Origin: Candidatus Thorarchaeota archaeon
Lineage (GTDB): Archaea; Asgardarchaeota; Thorarchaeia; Thorarchaeales; Thorarchaeaceae
Length of the DNA stretch: 32,000 nt
Direction of reading: 5' to 3'
Assembly: GCA_008080745.1 (NCBI GenBank)
Contig: SHMX01000006.1
Coordinates: forward strand, 1 to 32,000
Part shown: in pieces, positions 1 to 9,896 of the stretch
Numbering within the stretch: position 1 is the stretch's first letter
Layout of the letters: every line of letters starts with the position of its first letter
Made by a program: the position numbers and the translations under genes
The notes under the pieces: generated by a model
Database searches by the model: none
What the model saw: the letters and a program-made list of their open reading frames with translations, nothing else
What the model was told of the DNA's origin: nothing

Positions 1-347
1 CTACAAGCCCCACAATCGACTCTCCTACTGATTATTCGTACGAGGCTGGAAGTACCAACAATTGGATCAACTGGACTGTTGGTGATAACTATCCAGATAC
101 ATATGAACTCTACAGAGATGGATCGGTCATAGACTCGGGACCTTGGAATGGTAACAAACTGAATTGTTCCGTTGATGGACTTGACCCTAATGCATACAAT
201 TTCACACTTGTCATCTTTGACTCCAGCGGGAATAGTAATTCTGATGAGGTCTGGATCACCGTAGAAGATACTACAAGCCCCACAATCGACTCTCCTACTG
301 ATTATTCGTACGAGGCTGGAAGTACCAACAATTGGATCAACTGGACT
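1..347 (+). repeat. Exact 77-bp direct repeat (1-77 = 271-347), 270-bp period, inside the Ig-repeat gene
   Basis: ctacaagccc...caactggact is identical at both positions, then diverges abruptly (gttggt vs tgttca). Confidence 0.97.
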
Positions 348-3300
348 TGTTCAGATTTCTATCCGCAAAGGTATGAAATCTATCATAATGGAAGTCTGGT
401 TGATTCAGGTATCTGGAATAATGAATCCATTTCGATAAATGTAGATGGTCTTCAACTGGCGATACATAACTTTACTTTGTTTCTTGAAGACCAATATGAT
501 AATCAGAATACATCATCAACTTGGATTACTGTCATGGACACCATAAATCCGGAAATCAATGATGTCACCGATATGATATACTCAGAAGGAAATCAAAGTG
601 TTTTTGTAGAATGGGTTCCTGTTGATGAAAATCCATTCTATTATAAGATATTTTTGAATAATTCTCTATTGCAATCAGGAATATGGAATACTTCATATGA
701 AGTGATAACACAACAACTAGGTGGATTATCCTACGGATTATACAATACAACCATTATTGTATTTGATGAAGTAAATAACTCCAACAAAGATATGCTATGG
801 ATTCATGTAATTGACACGATTTCTCCCCAATTAGACTCACCAGAAGATATTCTATATCCGGAGGGTGATACTGGATATTCCATTCATTGGACCGCTCAGG
901 ATACAAATCCGTCTGAGTATTACATTCTCTGTAATGATACAGTTTTGCAGGAAGGAACATGGAATGAAACCTATGAAGTTATTTCTATCATTGCTGATGG
1001 TCATCCATATGGATTGTATGAATACAATCTTACCGTAGTTGATATTGATGGAAATTCATTTTCAGACATTGTATTGGTTAATGTCTTTGATGGGAATCTA
1101 CCTACAATACTACCTGTTAGTGATATCTACAAGGGAGAATTAGACGAAACTACGAATTTGACGTGGAATCCGATTGATTTGCATCCTAAGAATTACACTA
1201 TTTTCTTGAATGATACAATCATTCGTCAGGGGAATTGGAATGAAACTACTGAAGAAATCATAGTCAATCTATCAAATCACGAATTAGGATGTTACAATTA
1301 TACTCTTCGAATTTTTGATATTGATGATAACTCAGCTGTATCGGATATTCTTGTCTTTGTCAATGATTTGACAAGTCCGGAAATCAATCACCTTGATTCA
1401 TACCATATGGTTGAAACCACAGAAGGGCATTATATTGAATGGCAAGGTTCAGATTTACATCCGAATAAATACACGATTTTTCTGAATGGAAGTATTGTGA
1501 TAGACCAAGCTTGGAATTCTAGTTCTGAATTATTGAGGTATTCAATAGATACCTTAAGTCGCGGAACTTACAACGTTACAATCATACTAACAGATATTGG
1601 GATGAACAGAGTTAAGGACCAACTATTCATCTATGTAAACGATGAAACTGCTCCAATGATCGAGAAGTCGTCAAATTGCCAGATATCAGAAGGTACAGAA
1701 GGAATAGTGATTTCATGGAATGTATCTGATCTTCATCTTTATACATATAAGTTGTATAGAAATACAACTGTGATTGCGGAAAATTTCTTCAATTCAACCT
1801 ACGAGACCATAACAGTATCACTAAACGGTCTGCAATTGGGAAGATGGAATTTCACACTGCTCTCATATGATTTGGACCTCAATAGCAAAGCTTCTAACAT
1901 TCTTGTTGAAGTCTTTGATGGAACGCCACCTGAAATTTTAGGACCGAATAACCAAAAAGTAGCGATCTCAAGTTTCCCTGCTATCCTATCATGGGAACCC
2001 TATGACTCTCATCCTACTAGTTACCGTATTACAAGGAATCATACCATACTAACCGTAGGTTCATGGACATCAGGAACTAACATTTCAATATCATTGGATA
2101 ACCTTGAGGTAGGTATCTATAACCTAAGTATAATTATCTTTGATATAGGTAATAATGGTGCAGCTCATTCGGTAATTATCACTATCTATGACGATTATAT
2201 TCCAATATTGAATTCACCTGACGATCAAGTCTTCTCAGAAGGAGAGGTACCAGATATTATAACATGGGAGATTTCAGATAATGGACTTAGTCACTATCAA
2301 GTTCTCAAGAATGATTCAATTATAAAATCGGGAGTGCTAGGTGAATTTCAAGACACTGTTACTATCGACCCATCAACATTGGAATCGGGCACCTGGAATC
2401 TAACACTTGTCGTTCATGACCGAAATGGAAATGTAGCGTCCGACTCTGTCATCGTTACAATCACAACATCTGGTGCCTTTACGAATAACGAATTGGTCAA
2501 TCTGATTAATACTCCTATAATAGGAGGATCTTCTATTTTCATCATGTTAGGTATTGCATTACTAACATTGAGAAAGAAGAAGACGAAATCTCAAATACAT
2601 GAATCTAGCACATCAGAATACTCACCAAAGAAACGAGAGATTTTCGTGGATATCAAGAGAGGTGGAGAGTTTACAGGAAACCGATATAAATTCAAGGTCA
2701 AGATTGAGAATAATTCATCAAATGTGATTACCGATGTCAAAGTATCTCTGGCATCATATCCAAAAGATGCATTGACAGCCGAAGGAAAAATGTCGAGAGA
2801 ATATGCAAAGATAGAACGCGGTGGATTCAGAACTCCTACCTTTGAATTTCTCCCGAAGCAAGATTGTGTTCAAGGGAGTATTATTGCAAATGTCACGTAC
2901 ATCGATTCTCATGGAAAACCATATTCTGCAGTTACCGAACCTTTAGAAATACGAGCTGTATGTGACCTCTTACGTCCTGAATCAATCAGCCCTGAAGACT
3001 TCATGTTCAAACTAGCTGGGCTAAACCATGGAGAGATGATGGTTCGGGTAGAAGATTGGACACCAACTGAAATGCTTGAGAAAACTGGAAATATATTGAA
3101 AGATGCTAGTTTCTTCCAAGTTTCAAGTGAGATATCCAATATTGGAGAATATACGGAGGTAAGACTTCAAGGATGGGCAAAAGGAATCTATACGCACAAG
3201 AGTCTCGGAGTGGAAGTGATAATCACTGGCAAAGAAGGTGTCAAAGGGGCAACCTGTGTGATTAAGATGATTGGTGAAGACGATGCTATGATCATGCCAG

Positions 3301-3440
3301 CAATTGATGAGATAGCTAAGAAGATTGGGGCCTGGCTTTGTCCGTATTGCATGGGTAAATTACCTAGCGAAATGGTAAATAAACTCAAAGAAGGTATCAG
3401 TGTTGGCTGTCCATTTTGTGGAGTAACAATTGACTATTGA
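3..3440 (+). CDS. 5'-truncated large single-pass membrane protein: at least 9 extracellular ~90-aa Ig-like repeats, TM helix, cytoplasmic adaptin/COP-appendage-like domain, C-terminal Zn ribbon
   Basis: Frame 3 is open from position 3 (TSPTIDSPTDYSYEAG...) into the 477..3440 ORF, so the TTG at 477 is internal. Repeats follow D-x-x-x-P...W...D-x-x-P...Y-N-x-T-L...D...N, with many N-x-S/T sequons. TM IIGGSSIFIMLGIALLTL followed by RKKK at about 2516-2580. CPYC...CPFC at the C-terminus. Confidence 0.88.
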   Translation, partial: TSPTIDSPTDYSYEAGSTNNWINWTVGDNYPDTYELYRDGSVIDSGPWNGNKLNCSVDGLDPNAYNFTLVIFDSSGNSNSDEVWITVEDTTSPTIDSPTDYSYEAGSTNNWINWTCSDFYPQRYEIYHNGSLVDSGIWNNESISINVDGLQLAIHNFTLFLEDQYDNQNTSSTWITVMDTINPEINDVTDMIYSEGNQSVFVEWVPVDENPFYYKIFLNNSLLQSGIWNTSYEVITQQLGGLSYGLYNTTIIVFDEVNNSNKDMLWIHVIDTISPQLDSPEDILYPEGDTGYSIHWTAQDTNPSEYYILCNDTVLQEGTWNETYEVISIIADGHPYGLYEYNLTVVDIDGNSFSDIVLVNVFDGNLPTILPVSDIYKGELDETTNLTWNPIDLHPKNYTIFLNDTIIRQGNWNETTEEIIVNLSNHELGCYNYTLRIFDIDDNSAVSDILVFVNDLTSPEINHLDSYHMVETTEGHYIEWQGSDLHPNKYTIFLNGSIVIDQAWNSSSELLRYSIDTLSRGTYNVTIILTDIGMNRVKDQLFIYVNDETAPMIEKSSNCQISEGTEGIVISWNVSDLHLYTYKLYRNTTVIAENFFNSTYETITVSLNGLQLGRWNFTLLSYDLDLNSKASNILVEVFDGTPPEILGPNNQKVAISSFPAILSWEPYDSHPTSYRITRNHTILTVGSWTSGTNISISLDNLEVGIYNLSIIIFDIGNNGAAHSVIITIYDDYIPILNSPDDQVFSEGEVPDIITWEISDNGLSHYQVLKNDSIIKSGVLGEFQDTVTIDPSTLESGTWNLTLVVHDRNGNVASDSVIVTITTSGAFTNNELVNLINTPIIGGSSIFIMLGIALLTLRKKKTKSQIHESSTSEYSPKKREIFVDIKRGGEFTGNRYKFKVKIENNSSNVITDVKVSLASYPKDALTAEGKMSREYAKIERGGFRTPTFEFLPKQDCVQGSIIANVTYIDSHGKPYSAVTEPLEIRAVCDLLRPESISPEDFMFKLAGLNHGEMMVRVEDWTPTEMLEKTGNILKDASFFQVSSEISNIGEYTEVRLQGWAKGIYTHKSLGVEVIITGKEGVKGATCVIKMIGEDDAMIMPAIDEIAKKIGAWLCPYCMGKLPSEMVNKLKEGISVGCPFCGVTIDY

Positions 3441-3676
3441 TAGATTTTAGGAAGCTATAGGAAAATTCCATTTTCAAGCAATGAGAAAAAGAAAATACAT
3501 TCTCCATCCGTTCGCATCACATATATCTTGAGATTGTGCTAGATAGTATTGAAGGAGAGCCATCACGTCATAGGATAAGATTTCAAACTCATTCAATCCA
3601 ATTTATTGCTCTACATTCAAATTGGTTTTTCGTAACTACCGAAAAATACCATTTTACCAAGTCTATGAAGTATGGC

Positions 3677-3744
3677 ACACAAATGTGTATCTATTATTAA
3701 TTACATAGCGTATCTTCCAAAATCTTTAATAATAAACAATTGTT
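3677..3744 (+). promoter_or_regulatory. Putative copA promoter: TATA-like TTTAATAA (~3725-3732) flanked by two ACAnnTGT palindromes
   Basis: ACACAAATGTGT at 3677-3688 and AACAATTGTT at 3735-3744; the core matches the CopY-type cop box ACAnnTGT. Confidence 0.4.
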
Positions 3745-3781
3745 AATATCTATATATCTCTAATGAGAGTGGATTAGGTCA

Positions 3782-6574
3782 ATGAGTGAGAAAAAACAGA
3801 CAAAGAGAATGTCTATGTCAATAGAAGGAATGCATTGTGCGTCCTGTGTAGCTACAATTGAGAAATCATTGAAGGCAAAAGAAGGGGTACTCAGTGCATC
3901 TGTCAGTCTATTAGATGAAAAAGCTATAGTTGAATATGAGTCAGGTAAAGTTGAAAGAGAAGATTTGGAGAAGACTGTTGATTCAACCGGCTATAAAGCT
4001 ATTCGACCTAAGATGAGTCTTACAATAAAGCCAGAACCAATTGGCGAAGAGTGGGAAACCGTAAGAAAAGCACTCTTAGATATTGACGGTATCATTTCAG
4101 TAGAGGGTTTTCCTGAGCATAATCGAGTAATAATAGAATATGATGGAGACCTAATTACTTACAAAATAGTAAAGCGTTCTTTTTATCAGCACGGTTTTGA
4201 AGTATCTGAAGAGTCTGATACACAGGACAGAGAAGCTTCTGCAAGAGAAGAGGAAATAAAATACTATTCACGTCTGTTCACATTCTCACTTATTCTTACA
4301 ATACCCGTAGCCCTCATCATGTTTGGAGTGATTACGCCGTTCATTCCAACAGGAATCTCTCCAGAGATAGTCATGTTTGTCCTAACCACTCCTGTCCAAT
4401 TTATTGGAGGCTATCCTTTCTACAAAGCTAGTTTACGGGGATTAAAACATCTCAAGACAAATATGGACACTCTAATCATGTTGGGAACAAGTGCAGCGTA
4501 CTTCTACTCGGTATTTGCAACCTTCTTTTTGGAGGGTTTTCCTTCATTCTATGATACAGCAGCGATGCTGATCACTTTCATTCTTCTAGGAAGAATGTTG
4601 GAAGCTATCGCCAAAGGTAGAACTTCCAAAGCGATTAGAGAACTTATGGGCTTACAGGCAAAGGTCGCAACCGTAATTAGAGATGGTCAGGAGTCTACGA
4701 TTCCAATTGAGGATGTAGAGGTAGAAGATGTTGTCTTGGTACGCCCCGGTGAGAAAATACCCGTTGACGGAAAAGTGATTCAAGGCCAGTCCTCTGTTGA
4801 CGAGTCTATGATTACAGGAGAATCTTTACCTGTAAAGAAAAAGGTAGGGGATTCTGTTGTGGGTGCAACTATTAACAAGAATGGGGTACTTCACATAAAA
4901 GCAACTGAGGTGGGACAAGACACAGTTCTATCACAGATAGTGAAAATGGTAGAAGAGGCACAGGCAAACAAACCACCGATACAGAGGAAAGCTGACGCTA
5001 TCGCCGAAGTGTTTGTACCTATCGTTCTGATAATATCAGCCGCAACTTTCCTATTCTGGGCATTTCTTACACCGGAACCCTGGGTTAGAGCGCTTAGCTT
5101 CATGATAGCTGTTCTAGTTGCTGCATGTCCCTGTGCGTTGGGGTTGGCAACACCAACTGCAATCATGGTCGGTCTGGGTCAAGGTGCGAAACATGGAGTA
5201 CTGATAAAGACAGGTGGAAGCCTTGAAAGAATTCCTCAGATAGACACAATCATCTTCGATAAGACTGGTACCCTAACAATCGGTAAACCCACTGTTACTG
5301 ACATCATCACCGTAAAAGGAGTTGAGAAGGACGAGAGTCTTCGCCTGATAGCAGCAGTAGAACACAACAGTGAGCATCCCTTAGCTACAGCCATCGTTGA
5401 TTTTGCAAAAGAAAATGAAATCGAATATCCTGATGTCCAGGAGTTTGAGTCGGTTTCTGGAAAGGGCGTTACTGCCATCGTTGAATCAGAGAGAGTCTAT
5501 GTTGGTAGTGAGGATTACTTGGTTGAGCAAGGTATTGACCTTCGTTCTCTTCCGGATCATAGTGATATGCTCCAAGAACAAGGTAAGACTACAATATTTG
5601 CAGGCACACAAAAAGGTGCTTTAGCTATATTGGGTATAGCAGATACGTTGAAGGAATCATCTCCTGATGCAGTAAAGACTCTGAAGGATCAAGGTATCGA
5701 GGTCTGGATGATCACAGGAGACAGGGAAATCACTGCACGTGCTATTGCAAAGAAGATTGGTATTGAAAACATAATGGCACAAGTTCTCCCTCAAGACAAA
5801 GCTGGAAAAGTTGAGGAATTGCAGAAGAGTGGTCGAGTTGTGGCAATGACCGGAGATGGAATTAATGATGCTCCTGCTCTAGCACAAGCAGATGTTGGAA
5901 TTGCTATGGGTTCAGGGACCGACGTATCGGTAGAAACAGGAGATATTGTTTTAGTCAAAGATAACCTGATGGACGTTGTCACTGGTATCCAATTAGGACA
6001 AGCAACAATGAGCAAAATCAAGCAAGGATTCTTCTGGGCATTAATCTATAATATGGCTCTGTTGCCCATTGCAGCGGGCATTCTATTTCCAATTGGAATT
6101 ATGCTCCGACCCGAATTCGCTGGACTTGCAATGGCACTCTCCAGTGTTAGTGTTGTTTCAAATGCATTACTTCTTAATCGATTTGAGCCAAGGATATCCA
6201 AAGTTGGGGTCGTAACTGATTCCAGTGAGGTAGAACCTAAGGTAGCAATTGATCCAATCTGCAAAATGGAAGTAGATATTGACTCAGCAGAACTTTATAG
6301 TGATTATGAAGGCAGGAGATATTACTTCTGTGCACCATACTGTAAACAGACCTTCGATGAGAATCCAGAGAAATATAAAAATCAAGACACTCGAGAGGAA
6401 ACCCCTGAAGTATCAAAGATTGCAGTAGATCCAATCTGTAAAATGGATGTTGACACAGAAACCACGGACCTGTACACGGACTATGAAGGAAAACGTTACT
6501 ACTTCTGTGCACCTTATTGTAAACAGACCTTTGAAGCCAATCCAGAGGAATACAAGAATCAAGATCATAGGTAA
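3782..6574 (+). CDS. copA: Cu(I)-translocating P1B-type ATPase with N-terminal HMA and two C-terminal YHS/TRASH domains
   Basis: [44 protein letters not shown] and MALSS transmembrane motifs; two DPICKM...YYFCAPYC repeats. Confidence 0.95.
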   Translation: MSEKKQTKRMSMSIEGMHCASCVATIEKSLKAKEGVLSASVSLLDEKAIVEYESGKVEREDLEKTVDSTGYKAIRPKMSLTIKPEPIGEEWETVRKALLDIDGIISVEGFPEHNRVIIEYDGDLITYKIVKRSFYQHGFEVSEESDTQDREASAREEEIKYYSRLFTFSLILTIPVALIMFGVITPFIPTGISPEIVMFVLTTPVQFIGGYPFYKASLRGLKHLKTNMDTLIMLGTSAAYFYSVFATFFLEGFPSFYDTAAMLITFILLGRMLEAIAKGRTSKAIRELMGLQAKVATVIRDGQESTIPIEDVEVEDVVLVRPGEKIPVDGKVIQGQSSVDESMITGESLPVKKKVGDSVVGATINKNGVLHIKATEVGQDTVLSQIVKMVEEAQANKPPIQRKADAIAEVFVPIVLIISAATFLFWAFLTPEPWVRALSFMIAVLVAACPCALGLATPTAIMVGLGQGAKHGVLIKTGGSLERIPQIDTIIFDKTGTLTIGKPTVTDIITVKGVEKDESLRLIAAVEHNSEHPLATAIVDFAKENEIEYPDVQEFESVSGKGVTAIVESERVYVGSEDYLVEQGIDLRSLPDHSDMLQEQGKTTIFAGTQKGALAILGIADTLKESSPDAVKTLKDQGIEVWMITGDREITARAIAKKIGIENIMAQVLPQDKAGKVEELQKSGRVVAMTGDGINDAPALAQADVGIAMGSGTDVSVETGDIVLVKDNLMDVVTGIQLGQATMSKIKQGFFWALIYNMALLPIAAGILFPIGIMLRPEFAGLAMALSSVSVVSNALLLNRFEPRISKVGVVTDSSEVEPKVAIDPICKMEVDIDSAELYSDYEGRRYYFCAPYCKQTFDENPEKYKNQDTREETPEVSKIAVDPICKMDVDTETTDLYTDYEGKRYYFCAPYCKQTFEANPEEYKNQDHR
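6251..6565 (+). repeat. Tandem duplication of the YHS/TRASH domain (177-bp, 59-aa period)
   Basis: gatccaatct at 6251 and 6428; [32 protein letters not shown] vs [32 protein letters not shown]. Confidence 0.9.
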
Positions 6575-6672
6575 CTACCAAGAAGCAATTTAGTATATTG
6601 TATCAAGAAGTGATTTTGAGATAGGTAATTGAAGTATGTCTGATAATGCATATCACAAAATAGTAATTAGCG

Positions 6673-7578
6673 TTATATTGCTAACACCACCAATATTACT
6701 CCGAAGACAGTAAGTAAAGCACCTAGTAGTGACAAAGCAGTATAGTTTTCTTTTAGTGCAAATATGGAAATTGGTAGTGCAAAGAGGGGGGCAGTTGAGC
6801 CCAATAATGATGCAGTGGCAGCTCCAATTAGCTGAACAGTGTAAGTATAGAGTAGTGAGCCCAGAGTCATCCCCAAGAAGCCCCCAAAAAGGATGATACG
6901 TATTGATTTTTTTCTGGGGATAGGCATACCCCTCTTTCGCGCACCTAAAAATAAGGGTATCATAATTACCGATCCAAACAACATTCTAATGAAATTGGCA
7001 TCTATAGGGTTAACATCAGTGACGCCAATTTGTAGGAAGATGCTTCCCAAAGACCAACAAATAGCTGCTAGCAATGCAAGGGCAATTCCACCCAAGTTGC
7101 TTACAGCTACTTCTAACTCATCTTCTGTTTTTCTTGCACTTGCCCGTGATATCATAATGACACCAATAATCGCGACTACTACTCCAACAAAACGCAACCA
7201 TACTAGCTCTTCACCAACCAAGAAGATGGCAAAAAGATAGGTGGTGATAGGAAAGATGTTTGCGATGGGGAAGGCATATGAAACGCCAATTTTTTCCTGT
7301 GCAATTAGATATACAAGATCACCAACCACAAGTCCAATTGTTACGGAAGCAACCAAATAGAAAATAGATTCAATTGGGATGTAGAAAGGATCAGTTCTAA
7401 ATGGAACAAGTACGATAATACCCATAATCGCACCAGATAACCACATTTTAACTACCGAAATTGCTAGAGGAGTTGCCTCTTCACTCTGTGATTTGTATAC
7501 ATTTGTGGATATACCCCATAGGAAGGCTGTAAAGAGTCCTATGGATACTCCTAAAATCACATCAGTAGATAATTGCAT
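6673..7578 (-). CDS. DMT/EamA family transporter
   Basis: About 10 hydrophobic helices in two similar halves; EKIGVSYAFPI, GAATASLLGSTAPLFA..LKE. Start moved to ATG 7578 (MQLSTD); the ORF-track start is 7620. Confidence 0.85.
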   Translation of the reverse strand: MQLSTDVILGVSIGLFTAFLWGISTNVYKSQSEEATPLAISVVKMWLSGAIMGIIVLVPFRTDPFYIPIESIFYLVASVTIGLVVGDLVYLIAQEKIGVSYAFPIANIFPITTYLFAIFLVGEELVWLRFVGVVVAIIGVIMISRASARKTEDELEVAVSNLGGIALALLAAICWSLGSIFLQIGVTDVNPIDANFIRMLFGSVIMIPLFLGARKRGMPIPRKKSIRIILFGGFLGMTLGSLLYTYTVQLIGAATASLLGSTAPLFALPISIFALKENYTALSLLGALLTVFGVILVVLAI

Positions 7579-7886
7579 GAGAGAGTTCCACCTTTTTCCC
7601 AAAAGATATTTCAGTACCATTAGAGGATATAGTTAGTCTTTAGAAGAATTTGGAATGACATTAATTTCTATCCTAAAATTCTCAAATTATAGAATATTCA
7701 TATCTTTGAACCTGGATAACAATGAAACGATTTATTCTAAAACATATTAAATTTATTCGAAATGATTATAAGGACTTGTAAGAGGGAAAACCCATCATTG
7801 CGTTAACCACCTTGATTTCTGGGATATAATCCCAAATGTATTTCGCATGAACCTCTGCAATGATGGTTTAGGAGGAGAATATTAAC

Positions 7887-9002
7887 ATGAACAAACAAAT
7901 GCGTGCTATTGTTCTCATAACCTGTCTTGTTCTGATAGCTCCCTCTTTCGCATTTCCTTTCACTCAACCATTAGCAAATCCCTTGATAGTGATGTTTGGT
8001 AATAGTGCAGAGGAAACTGAAGCTGTAAAGACATTAGAATCAAATCTGCAAGATTCGATCGTTGTGGAATTTGGTTCTCTTGATTACGCTTTGGCTAAGA
8101 TGCGATGTATTGGACCTATAATCTATGTGGGACATGGATCTGGTGATGCAATAGCTGGCAATTTAGCTAGTGCTGACTCCCTGCGAATAAACGCAGAAAT
8201 CAAATCATCTATCGCATCAACTATATATCTGCTCTCTTGTAACTCTGCAGATATATCTGATAGCATTGATAGTACTAAAGTTAAAGGCTTCAATCAAGCT
8301 ATTGACGCACACATTGGTGCTGGTGTGATAGCAGTTAGAGTGTTGCTAGAATTTGGACTACTAGATAAGGCAGCATCTGCTTTCTCTAATCTACTTGAAA
8401 TTGCTCAATTAAAGATAAGTGGAGCAATACCTTTCCTGCCCCTCTACATGCTTGATCCAGGTGGAGGAGGTAGTTCATCCGGTCCCTATCTTAGTATAGC
8501 TGAACGAAATAATTTCTTGGCTGTACTTATTATTGGAATTCTAATAGCAGTTATAGGAACTGCAGCAATTGCAGCAATTTCTTCAAAATTTGCCTCTGGA
8601 GCAAGCTCAGCCGCGGCTGCTGCTTCTTCAAGTGTTAAGTCAGCAACCAAGACTATAATCACAAAGATTGCTACAGCTGGAGGAACAAGCATTAGTACCA
8701 TTATCACCGCAATGTTTGGTGGCTTCCTTGCATTTGCTACTGCTTTTGGCCCAACTGTTAAACACGCTTTCGATATCGCCAAGAACAATATGAACGTAGG
8801 AGAGTGGATTATCTTCACTGGCCTCGTTATTGGTGAAATTTTAGCAGTTGTTCTAACGGGTGGTCAAGCACTATGGGTACGAATCGCTGCAAGTGCAGGC
8901 GTAGCTTTAGTCAATGCAGGAATAATCGGAACTACTGATTACTTTGATTCTGACGGAACACCCTGTAAATCCGTTATGCAAGCAATAAGCCAATGGACCT
9001 AA
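7887..9002 (+). CDS. Secreted hypothetical protein: signal peptide, His-Cys caspase/gingipain-fold-like domain, Gly/Ser linker, Ala/Gly-rich hydrophobic C-terminal helices
   Basis: N-terminal signal peptide; IIYVGHG (H83) and IYLLSC (C118); DPGGGGSSSG linker; long hydrophobic helices. The CDS is solid; the function is inferred. Confidence 0.6.
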   Translation: MNKQMRAIVLITCLVLIAPSFAFPFTQPLANPLIVMFGNSAEETEAVKTLESNLQDSIVVEFGSLDYALAKMRCIGPIIYVGHGSGDAIAGNLASADSLRINAEIKSSIASTIYLLSCNSADISDSIDSTKVKGFNQAIDAHIGAGVIAVRVLLEFGLLDKAASAFSNLLEIAQLKISGAIPFLPLYMLDPGGGGSSSGPYLSIAERNNFLAVLIIGILIAVIGTAAIAAISSKFASGASSAAAAASSSVKSATKTIITKIATAGGTSISTIITAMFGGFLAFATAFGPTVKHAFDIAKNNMNVGEWIIFTGLVIGEILAVVLTGGQALWVRIAASAGVALVNAGIIGTTDYFDSDGTPCKSVMQAISQWT

Positions 9003-9010
9003 ACTAACAA

Positions 9011-9045
9011 GAGTGGAAGTAATTCCACTCGTTCTTTTTATTTTT
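9011..9045 (+). terminator. Hairpin (GAGTGGAA-GTAA-TTCCACTC) followed by a T-tract
   Basis: Perfect 8-bp stem with GNRA loop, 8 bp after the stop at 9002, followed by ttctttttattttt. Confidence 0.65.
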
Positions 9046-9745
9046 CAATATTTACACGCCAAAACATATCAGATAAGGCAGGGATAATTCCAGATTCGAC
9101 AAAGCACTTTGTCAATTTCAGTTTGATTTCCCTAGATATGAATTCAGGATTTTGAAAATCAATCACATTATCTAAGGGAGTAGCAACATGTATCGACTCG
9201 ATGGTTTCAGACTTGTTCATTTCGCTTACCATTAGTGAGATAGGCTCTTGTAGCATATCCTTTGTGTTACTTGAGATATAGATGTCAGAATATCCATAAT
9301 CCAATAACACAATGATACAGAAAACAAGAAATAACAAAGGAAGAAATGGTAGGTACATATCGATGATAGATACTATCTCCATATTTCCAAGAAATGCAAT
9401 AATTAATCCGAATATGGCTGAACCTAAGAACAAGAACATAGTAAGGATGATTCCAATAAAACAGACCATCATTATATTGGTAAGCATATCATAGAATCGA
9501 GGATTACCTATTCGAAACAGCATCCCACATACAAAGGTTGAGTTATTACTGTCATGCTCCACCAAAATAGCTTGGATATTATTCTTTCTCAAAATAGACT
9601 GAGATATTGTCTGAGAGTCTACTTCGAATCCAGTTTTTAAGAATACTTTACAGATCCTATCAGCTCTGAAATCCTCATCTTCGATGTAGAAGTAGTGAGG
9701 AATATTAGTCTTGGTAGGTGCCATTAACCATCCTCGCGAAACCAT
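9038..9745 (-). CDS. Hypothetical membrane protein (2-3 TM)
   Basis: 235-aa ORF with a central hydrophobic hairpin; no recognised family motif. Confidence 0.7.
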   Translation of the reverse strand: MVSRGWLMAPTKTNIPHYFYIEDEDFRADRICKVFLKTGFEVDSQTISQSILRKNNIQAILVEHDSNNSTFVCGMLFRIGNPRFYDMLTNIMMVCFIGIILTMFLFLGSAIFGLIIAFLGNMEIVSIIDMYLPFLPLLFLVFCIIVLLDYGYSDIYISSNTKDMLQEPISLMVSEMNKSETIESIHVATPLDNVIDFQNPEFISREIKLKLTKCFVESGIIPALSDMFWRVNIEK

Positions 9746-9896
9746 GATAATAATCCATGTTAGAATTGCTAAAAAGGTTCCTTCAGAAGAAATGATAACG
9801 AGAGAAATTTAGGAGCATTGATAAAGAATAAGTTCTTGAATACAGTGGGATATTACCCCCCGGATTACAAATTAATTCAAGAAGAGGTTTCTAGAG

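Noticed and set aside
1-347. 77-bp direct repeat as a CRISPR array or mobile-element end
   Set aside because: Only two copies, at a 270-bp in-frame period inside a coding repeat; no unique spacers and no cas or transposase genes.
477-479. TTG at 477 as the start of the Ig-repeat gene
   Set aside because: The frame is open back to position 3 and encodes two more repeats of the same family.
3626-3646. TTTTTCG-N7-CGAAAAA inverted repeat as an ncRNA
   Set aside because: Short and low-complexity in AT-rich DNA; no further structure supports it.
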